DNA from: Octopus sinensis
Taxonomy: Eukaryota
Direction of reading: 5' to 3'
DNA length: 64,000 bases
Assembly: GCF_006345805.1 (NCBI RefSeq)
Contig: NC_042999.1
Span: 31,496,001-31,560,000 of the forward strand
Part shown: positions 27,039-41,135 of the stretch, piece after piece
Numbering within the stretch: position 1 is the stretch's first letter
Layout: each line of letters begins with the position of its first letter
Position numbers and translations under genes: made by a program
The notes under the pieces: model-generated
The model's database searches: none
The model's input: only the letters and a program-made list of their open reading frames with translations
Told to the model about the DNA's origin: nothing

Positions 27039-27159
27039 ATGATGATGATAATAATAATAATAATATAATAATAATAATAATATAATAATAATAATGATAA
27101 TGATGATGATGATGATGATGATGATCATCATCATCATCATCATCATGGTGATAATAATA

Positions 27160-27200
<41 letters not shown>

Positions 27201-27208
27201 TAATGTTT

Positions 27209-27279
<71 letters not shown>
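27039..27279. repeat. Compound (AAT)n/(GAT)n/(CAT)n microsatellite
   Basis: Direct reading. Confidence 0.95.
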
Positions 27280-27281
<2 letters not shown>

Positions 27282-27835
27282 GCTCTGATGCAGTACCAGG
27301 CAGTGGCTCTCATGGCTTCTGATCTTAACTGATTGCAAGTGTTATCATGTACATTGTTTTGTCTTGGTATAAAAGATGGGCTACAGCAAATGTTCTGCTC
27401 AATACCAGAGATTTGCTTGTCAGTTGTTTGACCTTAACCAGTTGAGCATGTCCCTTAGTGGCTGACAATATGTGCATCTCTGATCACGAGCAGAAGTAGT
27501 GGGGGAGCATCATAGCCCTGTGTTGAGAGGGATTCTTTGGGGTTTGAATAATTCACCTCTGGAAACATGGGTGGTTCTTTCAACATCCTTAAACAACCCT
27601 TATTCAGGGACCTTTTGAGCGGGATGGGCTACTGAACCTGAAGAAAATTCTAACCGAGCCCCACCTGCAAGGTCATGTGCTGTTTATCTTGATATGAGAT
27701 CACCATGTCGCGCACATATGTTTGTGATGCATGTGCCTGGTGTACCTTTATCAGACGGGTAATCATGATGGGTATATTGGGCTTCGTATATTTTACCCCA
27801 GTGTCACTTTGATGGCATGCACTGCTGTCTCACTC
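27280..27835 (+). mobile_element. Non-coding insertion of about 555 bp embedded in (AAT)n; probable retroposon 3' portion
   Basis: GC-richer, sharply bounded block with pure (AAT)n on both sides and no convincing ORF; strand is inferred. Confidence 0.55.
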
Positions 27836-27869
<34 letters not shown>

Positions 27870-28280
27870 GGCGCAGGAGTGGCTGTGTGGTAAGTAGCTT
27901 GCTAACCGACCACATGGTTCCGGGTTCAGTCCCACAGCGTGGCACCTTGGGCAAGTGTCTTCTGCTATAGCCCCGGGCCAACCAATGCCTTGTGAGTGGA
28001 TTTTGTTGATTGAAACTGAAAGAAGCCCGTCGTATATATGTATATATATATATGTATATATGTGTGTGTTTGTGTGTCTGTGCTTGTCCCCCTAGTATTG
28101 CTGGACAACCGATGCTAGTGTGTTTACGTCCCCGTTACTTAGCGGTTCGGCAAAAGGGACCTATAGAATAAGTACTGGACTTACAAAGAATAAGTCCCGG
28201 GGTTGATTTGCTCGACTAAAGTTGGTGCTCCCACATGGCCGCAGTCAAATGACTGAAACAAGTAAGAAAAAAGAAAGAGA
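27870..28280 (+). mobile_element. CORE-domain tRNA SINE, full length
   Basis: ggcgcaggagtggctgtgtggtaag (A box), ggttcagtccc (B box), gcaccttgggcaagtgtctt (CORE), internal (TA)(TG) tract, tail gactgaaacaagtaa. Confidence 0.92.
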
Positions 28281-30099
28281 ATAACAATAATAATCATAAT
28301 AATAAAAGAAAGAGAGAGGGGAAAATGTTAGGAAATTGGGTGGGGTTGAAATTATAGGCTAAGATGGCAATTCCTTCTCGATCCCATTGCATATCGTACC
28401 CTTCTCCCACTCTCTCTCTCTGCCTCTCATTTCACCTCTCTTCCAGCATCTCCCTTCTCCTTTCTGTGTCTTGTTATATTTCAGAATTGACAAACTGCAT
28501 CTACCATAACCGGTCATAACCATAAATAAAAAATATGACTTTCTGCTTCTTTCATTTTTTTCTAATAATGCAGTATACTATATATCACGGAGAACATCAT
28601 GTTTAACTTAAAATACATATGTATGTGATTAGAATGCTATGATTTTTGTTAACCTTCATTACTACCCAATTAAATATGAAAATTGTTCAACATTTCTTCA
28701 TTTGAAATTCATTTCTTATTAATACTTATTCAATATAAGTAAATATGAATTGGAGTTTTAATCCCACTCTCAGATGGCATAGTAAAAAATTTTGATTTTC
28801 CCTAATTAATGTTAGTTATTGGAAAATTTCAATATGTACAGCTGTTACCATTTTCAGTACTTTGTCTTTCTCTCTGCTTCTCTCTCGATATATCTTGACA
28901 ATAACAGAATTTACTTTCTCCAGACATATACGATACGTATTAAGATTTAAATCGAATAACGAGAAATCATATCTTACTAATACAGTTTAAAAATAAAGCT
29001 TTGAAATATTAAGAAAGAAGAAAAAAGAAAATTATAAAAAAATAAATTTGGCTTTACAATGATCTTCTCAACCTTACATTAAGAACTCCAATTTTATCAG
29101 AAGCATTATTTGTAAAACACTTTCATGAGCACCCCTCCATCATTCATCACATGAAATGTTGGATCCATGGGTTTTCTTACATAACCTTCGGTTTACGAAA
29201 GATGAGTGAAAGTCATTGTGCAAATGGAGATTGTGTCGACGTCTATAAGAGGGACAGTTTCACTTTTTGATTAGGGAAATTAATGTACCATAAGTTTTGC
29301 TTCCGCCGCCAGAGATTTTGTGTAACTTTCGAGTTTCCTCTGTAGCAAGTAATGGGGCCACGTTTCAAGTCTATACCACATCTTTCCATTTCTTGCAATT
29401 TTTGGAAGAAAAGAATAAAGTTTACATTGACGGGCTTCTTATTCTGACAAATTCACAAAATAGGCAAAGAAGGGATCATTTTATTTGATCTTTTAGCTGA
29501 TCAATTGCTTTGGAAAAGCCAACCAAAATATGCGTCAGATAACTTTAACAGATAACTGGGTGCATTTCTAGCAGTTTGAAGGATTACCACGATGTATGGT
29601 TAAACTATGTATTTAAAAAAATTCAGTCAGAATGGTCTGAGAAAAATGTGAGATGGATGAAGCTGCAATGACTTTCAACATGGCCTCTAGGCTGTTCTTG
29701 ACTTGATGTTAAACACCACCACTACTACTATCACTATGACAACAACACCACCGCCAATGCTAGCAACAACAGTATCAGAGTTTCAAACCATTGAGTGGAT
29801 AAGCCAAAAACCTATTAGACACATTGTCTTGTACCTTTAGAATTGTGCTAAACACTGTTCCATAAAATATAAAATATATTTTATAAATTTGTTTACAAAT
29901 TGGACAGACATTTTTTTCATATATTTACTGTTGATTTTTAAATAATAATTTTCAATAATATTTTTTTTTTTTTTCTGTTTCTAGTATAACACTAAATTGA
30001 AGATATACTCACCGATAATGTATTGTCATTGTCTGAACAAGCTATCGACAAGGCCTCTTAAAATTTTCAATTTTTTAACAATTCTAAAGGTCTATACAC

Positions 30100-30189
30100 A
30101 CACATCTCTCAGTCTCTCTCTTTCTCTTTCACTCTCACTGTCTTTCTCTCTCTATCACTAAACTCCCAATACACACACACACACGCACA

Positions 30190-30239
<50 letters not shown>

Positions 30240-30287
30240 CATGTATGTATTAATGTATGTATATATATATGTGTGTGTATATATATG

Positions 30288-30327
<40 letters not shown>

Positions 30328-30334
30328 ATCGTGC

Positions 30335-30411
<77 letters not shown>

Positions 30412-30460
30412 GTATATGTATATGAATATGTATGTATATATATGTATTTATATATGTATG
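30100..30460. repeat. Compound (CT)/(CA)/(TA)/(GA) microsatellite
   Basis: Direct reading. Confidence 0.9.
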
Positions 30461-31899
30461 TATTACTTATTAACATACGTTCCTGAAGAGAGGCGGAAAC
30501 AATTTACTGTCTGTTAAATAGTTTGGACGAAAAGAAATGAGTGGAATCTAAAGAGGAAACTTGAGTGGTGTAAGTTAATGCAATATATAAATTAATAGCT
30601 CTCATGGAAGTTGTTTGTAAACCTATATTATTGGATATTCATCAATAATTTTATCGAAAATCCTCTTCGTGCACAAACACAGTAAGTTAATACATGCGTA
30701 TATTGTGGGTCTAAACGTAATCTTAAACCCATTCGGATAATATTTGGGAAAAGCATCATCCCAAGAAGGTGCTAACTAGTTGTTGAATCATAAGCAGGAA
30801 TAAGGTATTCACTTTCAGACGCATAAAACGAATGGGAATGAGAGTGGAAGCACACAGATCAATCGTAATGGTAATATCAATAAATATTTCCACATCATAA
30901 TTTACTCTGGACTGGAAACATTTTTGTTATTTTGTGATATTTTATGTTAAAACAGAAAATCAGGTTTTTAAGGGAAAAATATTTACGTAAATGATATTTG
31001 CACCGAAATGACTGGGAACCTAGCGCCAGAACAGCATACGACGGTATTGTTAATCTTGTGATTTTTCTTTTATGATCATTCAATTATAGTCTTTGAGTAA
31101 TTTCATTCTGGTTGATAATGCGATGCGAAAGAAATGCGTATCCTATGATGAATTTGACCTGGAAATGTACCCAATTCATTAGTATTGTTTTCAGTGTATT
31201 CCCATGAATTGGGTGTTTTGTTGGGTGACACTGTAAAGTATTCAGATATTAATAGAATATTGTTCAATATGTAATTTATTATAATATATATACTTAAAAT
31301 AAAATTCATAGTTAATAGCAGTAAATACTAGATAGTCATATGTTTGAAATAATGACTAAATACATGCAAATCTATTGTACGTGATTTACTTGAAATCTAC
31401 AAAGCAGATATGAAAAATTCAGTATAATACAATCGTGCTGTCTGAATACACAACAGGCAAAATAGAAAAAGGTTCTAATAAACAAATCTATCAAACTAAT
31501 AAATGAAATAACATGAAATCCTCTACACACTCGATCAACCTGATATTAATAGTCGGTAAATCTTTTTTCATATAAAGCATATTCGTCTTAAAAATGTAAG
31601 AATACAATAGGAAAATATTTTCGAAGATGGAAGAAAATGGGAAGGTCATGAGAGCCGAGATGAGTTATAGTAAAGCAGCGATGAAATTTATTAGCTTTAG
31701 TTCCGAGCATATGATAACTGTTAGGTGAATGAAACTATGGAAACTATACAGGGTCAACGTCTTAGTTTATTAGAAAGAAGAGAATAATATTCCTTATTAA
31801 TCTATGAGAAATATGTCAACTAATTTAAACGATACAATCAAAATAACAACGCTGGATCTAGTGACAAGCAGTATTAAAAAAGAAGCTACAGATTCACTA

Positions 31900-32200
31900 T
31901 AAAATAGGCAGTAGTTCGAATGCTTATAGAAAATTTAACTTGTTGATCTTTAAATTTCCTGTGGCATATGAGAGACCCAAAACATAGAGTTCCAGTGATG
32001 AAACAAAAACTTGAGATAATTTGGAATTTTTCTGTTTCGTTTTGAGCTTTCTGTGCGTAGATGCTTTAATGTTAAGTAAAATATTGGAAGAAAAATAAGT
32101 ATTTCGATGATAATGATTATATATTTCTAGATATTCATAGATATTCCGCTTGACAAACAGTATGAAATCGTCATTTTTTTCTTAACGAATGAGAATGCAG
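31900..32200 (+). mobile_element. Possible Penelope-like reverse transcriptase relic
   Basis: Ordered weak motifs PVAYERPKT (like YGLPKxHK), LEII (like LRPII), FIDIPLDKQYEI (like FTNIPLDETI); very decayed. Confidence 0.3.
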
Positions 32201-33545
32201 CAAATCGAATATCCGGATTCATTCACACTGCCATGAGAAACTCTCTGATATTGACCTAACGTACATAATTCTAACTGGACAGGTAGTAACTGAATCAATA
32301 ATTCACCTTGACTCAGACTGAATCGATGGACCGGATCTTCTGCCGGTTTTCCTACTATAACAATATAAAATGAAACTAGTGAAATATTTTATACAGATTT
32401 CATTGGGAAGAAGAAATGCAAGTTATGGTGTCATCAGCTCAAACATTAATCAGTGTTCCGTTCTGGAGAGGAGATTTATTATACATGTTCCGGTTGACTA
32501 ATATTCATTTGTTCTTCAGACGTTAGATACGGTAACATTCGGACAATCACGGACATAGTTAATCTCGTTGTAATCATTGTTTTTATTGTTTAGCCTTTTT
32601 CCACAAGTTCAAAACTGGTATGAAAAATAATTATGGTCGAAGATATTGTAACCTTGGTCATTCTGTTTTTTTTTTGTTGTTGTTTCATTTTAGCTTAGGT
32701 CACACTAATTTATTTAACATGTTCTTATTTAAAAGGTAACTGGTCATTATATGGCTATGGTTTGCGGCTATTTCTAAAAGGCTTATTTACATAGTAAACG
32801 CTCCTTCCTTCTTTCATCATATTCAAGGTTAACCATATATGTAAGTATATTTGTAATTTGAAAATGCATTGTAGTAAAGAAAAAGTTTTTATTAGTCTCG
32901 AACTAGGGACTATTATTACTTGCACATATTACTTGCAATTGGTGGTGATGATAGTAGTGGTTGTAGTAGTTGTAGTAGTAGTAGTAGTAGTAGTAGCAGT
33001 AGTAGTAGTTATTGTTGTTCGGTCTCAAACCCACCTTCATACAGAAAAAATACTTTGATCAATATCTTCTAATACATAACGAGGATTAATTTTTCCGGAT
33101 TGCGCATATAGGATCAGATCCTTCGATATGAGCCAGACAAGAAGAGGACTGTAGTGTATGTGCCACTAAATCTTCTATCATACAATAAAATACGGCACGC
33201 CACACTTCCTCCGCTGTTTAAATACGAATGTAAAATAAACGTAAATAAGTGATACGAATAGGGCAACCCGTGTATATATTCGCTTGATCTGTAAAAAACC
33301 AACCACTTTTTCTTCAAAGAGAAGAATACACGTTGGGTCAGAGATGACTGTACCAAATTAATAAATGAAGCCTAAAAACAGAGTAAGCAACAGAAACATC
33401 ACTGCAAACGAGGGATCCTCTATATGGGTAATGAAACATCTGGAAATACTAGCCAAAGTTACCTTAAAACACACTTTACCTTCGTTTTATAAAACAAATA
33501 TGCTATATAATATATATAAATAAGAAATGTGCATTTAAGTGAAAA

Positions 33546-35160
33546 CTAAAATAAGAAATCAAAACTCACTTTTCTTAATGCAATTTTGTCCGAGCTACAT
33601 ATTTGGAATTTTTTCTTGGCAATGAGTTCATTAGTGTTTTTGGCTAGGTTCTGTGTTGTCGAGACTCTCAGGATGGATTTCAGGCGTTCATCTGTGAGAT
33701 GAATCCAATGTGACGTTTTATTCATCTTCATCACAAGAAACAGCTGCTCGCACAGATATGTGTTTACAAACAATGACAGATTTCGCGCTGCATGTAAACG
33801 GAGCTGGAACATTGCTTCAGGTATGAAGTGAGTGATCTGTGCCTGCTCCAAAGAGTCGTACTTTGTATTTAATGTCCCATTACACAGCAGTTCTATCAGC
33901 TCCATTTGAATCTGTACACGTGCAGTTTCCACATTGACGGAAAATGGGTTGCGAAGCAGCTCAAAATTATTTTGACGCCATGTGAAGTCTAAAGCGCAGT
34001 GCCAATTCGGTACAGAACGCACTCAGTTTATCAGCTAAGTGTTGCTTTGGGAACACTGTGGAATTGACTTGGCTCAACATTACTCGGCAACAGGGATTCT
34101 TTGGATTCTTTTACTGTCCATGAACTGCCATAGGTCCTCAACCAGTTTAGAAACTATATTGAGGAGCTTTTCCCGACTGGTCCACCGCAACTCCATATGA
34201 TACGTTACGTCACCGAACTCTGAATGTATTTCCCACAGGAAAGACTGAAATTAGCAGTGATTTAACCCTTTTGGCTCGAATAAAATTTCCGGTTTGCGTT
34301 ACAGTGCTCATTAGATGTTCCAAATTTAAATCTTAAGCGTGCAACGTTTCCTGGTGTATGATGCAGTGATATGTTGTGAAACATGTTGAGCATCGATTTA
34401 ATGTCCAAAATGTCTTCTGTGACGAAGAAACTGGTGTCTACTCCCCGAATGAAGATAGCCAGCTGAACCCTATTAGACGTGTCAGTAGTCTCATCCACTG
34501 CAAAAGAGTATGAAACAAGATCTTTTCCGTTTTCAATCAACTGTGTTTTCAAACCTCTGGCCTTCTCACACACCTGATCAGCATCCGTATTTCTGCTAAT
34601 ACTCACATTAGCAAATATTAGCTTTAAGTCTGGACACAAACGTCACATATTTTCATCAAGCAGTTCTTCAAAATATCAGGACTGATTTTGCGATCTTCTC
34701 TGCCACAAAATTGTTTCCTTTAACAGTAGCTTCACTTTGTGATTTTGCTTTTGTTAAAAAAGTCTTTTGTAACGTGATATTCCTCTTCGATTCGTCCACC
34801 TTTCGTTGCTTCTGCTCAGCAGTGAGGTATATATATATATATATATATATACTTATTGGTGAATTGAAGAAATGGAGCTGAACGCAGATTGAACAGAAAT
34901 CGTTTTATTTCATTCTGAAATACAAATGAAAATAAAACGATTTCTGTTCAATCTGCGTATCAGCTCCATTCTTCAATTCACCAATAATGTTTTAATTTCA
35001 ATTATCCGCACCAACGCACGGTTGCAACGCCAGATGGTGTACCTCCAACCGTGCTGTTTACTGCTGTGATTTTGCTACTAAGGTATCGGTTAACTTTTGA
35101 TTAATCTACAACAAGATTATTCATCTTTCTATTTCAAATAATATATATATATAATATATA

Positions 35161-35224
<64 letters not shown>

Positions 35225-35910
35225 CCTGATGTTTTATCTCGTATTGGCGTTTGAGAGTATACTCTTTAACTACAGCAACATTAGCACCACAATAAAAACA
35301 CACGTTTTGCCATTAATCTCAGTAAACATGTACTCGGTTTCCCCTTAGATTTGAAAGGTTCTGTTTTCATCATCGACTTTTCCCTTCGCCATTGATATAG
35401 ATGGCGAAGGGAATGACGTCACGTGAAAACCGTCCACCGAAAGAGCGGTAAGGCGGCTGTTGAGGTGCATTATGGGATTAATAGATTTTTCGTTATCAGC
35501 GCTTCACAACACAATTAGAGAATCGAAGGAGGCGTTTTCCAGCATATTTTTTATCAGTTACAATCAAGAGTTGTGACTGCGTTACCATGCCTCTTTAATG
35601 TGCTTGTTTGTTTGTACAGATAGGGGGTAATAGTTACTGCGGTGTTGTTTCTAGTCGTGTATTAGATTATTGATACATTTGGTGACACATTTTAGAAAGA
35701 AAGCTGGTAAGAAGTTTCTGCTAAATATAATAGAATGACCTGCTTTAGCCATACACTATGTATGTGTAGTTGAAACAAGAAGGCATCGGTGTTGCTGATT
35801 GCAGCAATGAAGTCTATTTGGACCACATTCATGCTGATATCAAAATGGTCCCGTGACCGGATGAAATTGCTGCTCCTTTTGCTTGACGGACCGGGAGTTT
35901 GACATGTCTG
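33546..35910 (-). mobile_element. hAT transposon of the GTF2IRD2/SPIN/OC1-like (Buster) group, pseudogenised
   Basis: ATG at 35392 MAKGKVDDENRTF...; ORF 34262..34639 with SFAVDETTDTSNRVQLAIFIRGVD; ORF 33546..34022 with NPFSV...QMELIEL...TYLCEQLF; 5' TIR cagacatgtcaaac (reverse complement ending 35910); 3' TIR not confidently located. Confidence 0.9.
34853..35140. mobile_element. Non-coding insertion with a terminal hairpin of about 62 bp, flanked by (TA)n, inside the hAT ORF
   Basis: Arms 34853-34914 and 34925-34987 are near-perfect inverted copies; (TA)n at 34828-34851 and 35141-35220. Confidence 0.7.
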
Positions 35911-36841
35911 ATCTAGAAGATACAGCGATTATATAACCATTTATTGAATAATAATAGGCATTCTAGTTGTATTTTTATTCATGACATATAATTAATCTAT
36001 TCAAATTTGCACTTAGTATTTTTAAGCAAGATGACTGTGATCTGTGTGAAATTCATTTTTTATTTCTAGCAGATATAGAGACCCCATAATACACAATCAA
36101 TGACATACTAATCGTGACCACCTCATTTTATTTTCAGACATATGATAGCGTTCTCAGGGCAGCAGTGAGATTTGTGACGGCTATTTCCATGGGGTCTAGC
36201 AAAAACTCAACGAATTAGCACTCGGTGAGAGAACTACCTTTTCCAAGACATTACACTGGATTAATACAGTGCATCTTTCCTTTTTAAAAACGAGTAGGTG
36301 TCATATGGATACTATGTGACAGCTAATTCTTGCATATCTAGCACCTTTCTAAACGCTTCCTTGTTGCCAGGAAAAGTTGTAATAACTCCCGTGGCTTCCT
36401 AACTCATTGCAAAATGATGCTAAATGCAAACACTTCATTAACAATTAAAGTGGGATTTTATTTTTATATTTAATGCATTTTTTTGTGTGTGTTTTATATA
36501 TTCATTATGATTTGTATCGATGATAATGTAGCTGATGTGTTGCGTATCGTAGATGATGTTGTTGCTGTGGTTACGATTGTCGAGATTACTGTTGTTGCTA
36601 TAATGTTCTTTTTATATGAGAAGCTAATTAATGCGTTTTCAGCGATTCCGTGTTGTTCTGAAGCACGTTGACAATTCGCCAGAACGAAATTGGGCATATA
36701 CTGTATATTAACTGCAGATTGTACAATCAGTGTTAGATCTATTAAACAAACTAATTAACTGCTTTAGCTGTCTTTCTTTATCATTAATAGGCTCTTTTAT
36801 TTGTCATCTTCCATGTTCATCTATGCAATTTCATTGACAGA

Positions 36842-36843
36842 AT

Positions 36844-36918
<75 letters not shown>

Positions 36919-36984
36919 ATAGATAGATTGATAGATAGAAAGATAGATAGACAAATAGATAGATAGATTGATTGATAGATTAAT

Positions 36985-37042
<58 letters not shown>

Positions 37043-37140
37043 GATTAATAGACAAATAGATATATACATAAATAGATAAATAGACGGATAAATAGATAGA
37101 CATATATATAGATAGGGTATAAATATACATATACATATCT
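36842..37140. repeat. (TA)n and (GATA)n microsatellites
   Basis: Direct reading. Confidence 0.95.
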
Positions 37141-37299
37141 ATGTGTCTATAGATAATTGTGCTTGTACACCTATGTATATATTCCTGTATTTACACATAT
37201 ATACTACATGCTAACTTTATATCCATGAAAATGTTACACTGCCAGGTGTACGGTATTATCATTTATTACCAAACATTCGACCTGTACTTGCACGTTAAA

Positions 37300-38400
37300 T
37301 ATACCACATCGGGGATAGGTAAAACCGTTCATATAATGACTCTGAAGGATTGGTTCTACAGCTGTGAAGATTTACATGCATTAATTTCAATTCCTTTTAT
37401 TTCTAACTGCATTGTTTGTCTTGGGTAAACTGACATCTCTTTGAGCACAAAGGACTTGAAGTTGAACTAGCAGCGATTTTTCTTATAAATAAATGAAATT
37501 TGGCTTCGAGACGTTATCAAATACCTGTAGAAAAACGGTTTAGTCCCCAAAGACATTCATGCTGACATGGTTGTTACATTAGGCAGTGATGCCCGGCTTT
37601 ATCAACAGTGCAAATGTGAGCAGTTGAATTTAAGAGGGAGAGAGAGACTTTACAATGACCCATGAGTTAGAAAACATCGATCGAGTTCACCACAAGCTGA
37701 AAGATGACAGGCAATTGAATATAAATCAAATAACCAATGCTATTGGCATATCACGTGAGGACACTCTGCAATATGAACTTCGTAAGACGAAAGTTTCTTC
37801 TCGGTTGGTGCCACATCTTCTGACACATGTTAAAAAGTGCACCAGGCTGATGGCATCCGGGAAAATCTGATATTGTTTGAGGCGGGCCCAGATGGTTAAC
37901 TGTTGAAGCTAGGATGAGTGCTGGCGTCATCACTTTGAGCTAGAGAAATAGAGACAATCAGTGGAAACATCCTATTTCATTTGCTTCAAAGAAGGCCAAG
38001 GTTGTTTCATCATCAAGGAAGATGAGGATTCGTGTTTTAGAATACAAAAGGTATTATGTTGATTGACTATCTTCAAAAGGGCCACACCATCAGTGGAAAG
38101 TACTATGCAAAACTGCTGAGGCTGCTATGAAGCGCTATGTAAACCAAACACTCATGGAAACTGACGAAAGGTGTCTCGTTGAATTAGAACAGGGCTCGTG
38201 ATTAAGCCTCATCGGTTTATCCTCTGCTCCCGAAAAGGAAAAAAACCACTTGCCTGAGAACCAGCATCACGGCAATGATGACGCCATATTAGCCGTTGAT
38301 GATTTTTGATCAGCAAGTTGAAAGCTTCTTCAACAAGAGTATCTAAGCACTGTAACATGGAGAGAAAAAGTGTGCGAACCGCAAGGGTGTCTATGTTCAT
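37300..38400 (+). mobile_element. Degenerate mariner, same type as 15081-16518
   Basis: IWLRDVIKYL*KNGLVPKDIHADMV, KVSSRLVPHLLT (WVPHxL motif), IDYLQKGHTISGKYYA. Confidence 0.8.
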
Positions 38401-38744
38401 ATACTACAACAAAAGCAACAACAGCAACAAAAACAACAAACGACAACATCTACAATAACAACGACACGAACAACACTAGCTGTTACTTAGACCTGCGCTA
38501 TATTGCATAATCCATTCATTTATTACTGAAGTATATAAAATGGGAAGGGATAAGTGTTTCGAAATATAAAAAAAGTTAAATATGCGCACATGAGCTGGCA
38601 GAAAATACATATATATAATTGTGTGCATATATATATATATATAAATATATATATAATTGTGTGTATTATATATATATATATATATATACCGATATGTAGA
38701 GAGAGAGAGTGAGGTAGGTACGTATGGACGTAGGTAGGTAGACA

Positions 38745-38957
<213 letters not shown>

Positions 38958-39512
38958 AGGTGAAAGAGGGAAAACGGTAATATAATTTGCTCTTTCGACG
39001 TGCACTATGATAGTATTGAAATAAATATATTTTAGAGCAAAAAAAAATCACTGAATCTGCTTGCAAAAGTCTTTTTAAAATGTGCTAGAGTGACTGATAT
39101 TAGTGCCAAAAATGGATTTCCAAAGAAACTTCCAGAAATGGAGAGTTGTAGCAATTATTGGAATATTACTTTCACTTTCATTGAGCTCCTTTGTAATACT
39201 CTGCCACAAAAGTAATATTTCCGTTACTCTTGCAAGAGATTTCTTCATACAATAACTGTACATACTCACGTGCACACACATACGCATGTATGTGTGCGTG
39301 TATCGATACTTATATATATATATATATACATAAATGTACATATATATACATATATATATATAGTCTATTTATCTATCTATCTATATATATATATATGTGC
39401 GTGTGCGTGTGTGTTTGTGTGAGTGTGTAAGCTTGTGCATATGTATATAAGTCTTTGTGTGTATACCTATAAATATACATACATGCAAATATGCACGGAC
39501 ATATATTTAGTG

Positions 39513-39552
<40 letters not shown>

Positions 39553-40410
39553 CATATTTATTGACAATAGACACAGTGAGGGAGAGAGAGTTGGAATGAT
39601 AGATAGATAGATAGATAGATAGATGCGTATATATCAATGCATATATGCATATGAATTAATCTATGTAGATATGTTTCATGTGTGTGCCTGTGTGCATGTG
39701 TACGTGTGTCTCCCTCTATATCTCTGTGTGTGTGTGTGTGTGTGCGTGCGTGTATGATTATAATGATATGTGTGCGCGCATATGAATGACACAATCGCAT
39801 ATTAAAAAACACTTTAAAAACTACAGAATGAAAGAAAGAGAGAGAAGATCGGCGGGAGGAAGAGCAAAATTTAGGGAATCCGGTATATATAGAGAGAAAA
39901 TAGAAAGTCTGTGAAACAAACGACGTAAGGAGATATAGAGAGAGGAAGGATGAATTGAAGGGAGAGAGAGAATGAAATTAACCGAAAGGAAAAGTCTTTC
40001 AGAATCATTAAAGCAAATCTATTGAAGTGCTTTTAATGATGGCTCTTTCTTGCTTTTGATCATGTTGCTGATGATGTTCTTGTTGGTGATAGTGTTGATG
40101 ATTGTAATGTTTGGGGTGGTGATGGCGGTAATGATGCTGATGTCGATGGTGATGATGTTGTGCATTATAGCAATTATCATTCCAGGATCAAATGAAATTA
40201 GTATAGTTCATTTTGCATTCATCTCTTTCTCTTCGTTCCATCATACACACACGCGCACACACACACACACATACATATAATAGTCACACACACACATATA
40301 TGCATATATGAATTAATGTGTGTGTATATGTATGTGTGTGTGTGAGTGTGTGTATGAATAAATGTATGTATATATATATATATATATAATAATATATATA
40401 TATATATATT

Positions 40411-40444
<34 letters not shown>

Positions 40445-40889
40445 GCACACAAACATATATATGCTTACATATACAAACATGTAAACGCATATTCACACAC
40501 ACTCACGCACACATACACATACATATATATTTGTATATACAAAGGCACATATATTCATATGGAAATATATACATACACACACTACTCTGTCATTAATTAT
40601 ATATATATATATCCATCGTCATACATGCATATTGATGCAGCTACCTAAGAAACATACCCTGGAGATTCACGTACTCTACTGAAACGAGGATAACTGTCAC
40701 TCTCGTGCACAGATATGTATAAATATGACAGTGTTCAGCCTATATATTTCAATGCTACACTTCATCCTTAATCAGCATACTCGTACGTAATAACATGCAT
40801 GCATGTACAATCAGACACACGCACTATACTATGTTTTCTGCACGTGTATAAGATATTAACATACTTGTGAGTAAGTAGATATCTTCTTC

Positions 40890-41135
40890 GTTTTACTAAG
40901 CAGGTGATCGTGCGGGAATAGACTGTGTTGTGCAAGGAACACAAAGAAAAGGACAGTAAGCCAGAGATCGGAGCTGGTAAGCATGTTACCAAGCAGTGAA
41001 TTTAGCTGTTGAAAGTGTGTGGATCATTTTTTCTGCAAAGCTATAACTAATCTCGGAGGTACAAATGCAGCAATAAGGAAGGCAATAAGTTTCATTAATG
41101 AAGCTGCAGAGGAGGCCACTTGTTGCCTCAGTGTG
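40890..41135 (+). mobile_element. 3' fragment of a HERO-like (R2 group, RLE endonuclease) non-LTR retrotransposon
   Basis: Translation EFSC*KCVDHFFCKAITNLGGTNAAIRKAISFINEAAEEATCCL resembles the HERO C-terminus EVGCRGFxGxSLxxAL..LGI.G...RAI....EAAE.AS.WL. Confidence 0.55.

Noticed and set aside
29050-29450. Possible Tc1 relic on the minus strand (KPMDPTF...)
   Set aside because: One weak motif and no TIRs; not enough to call
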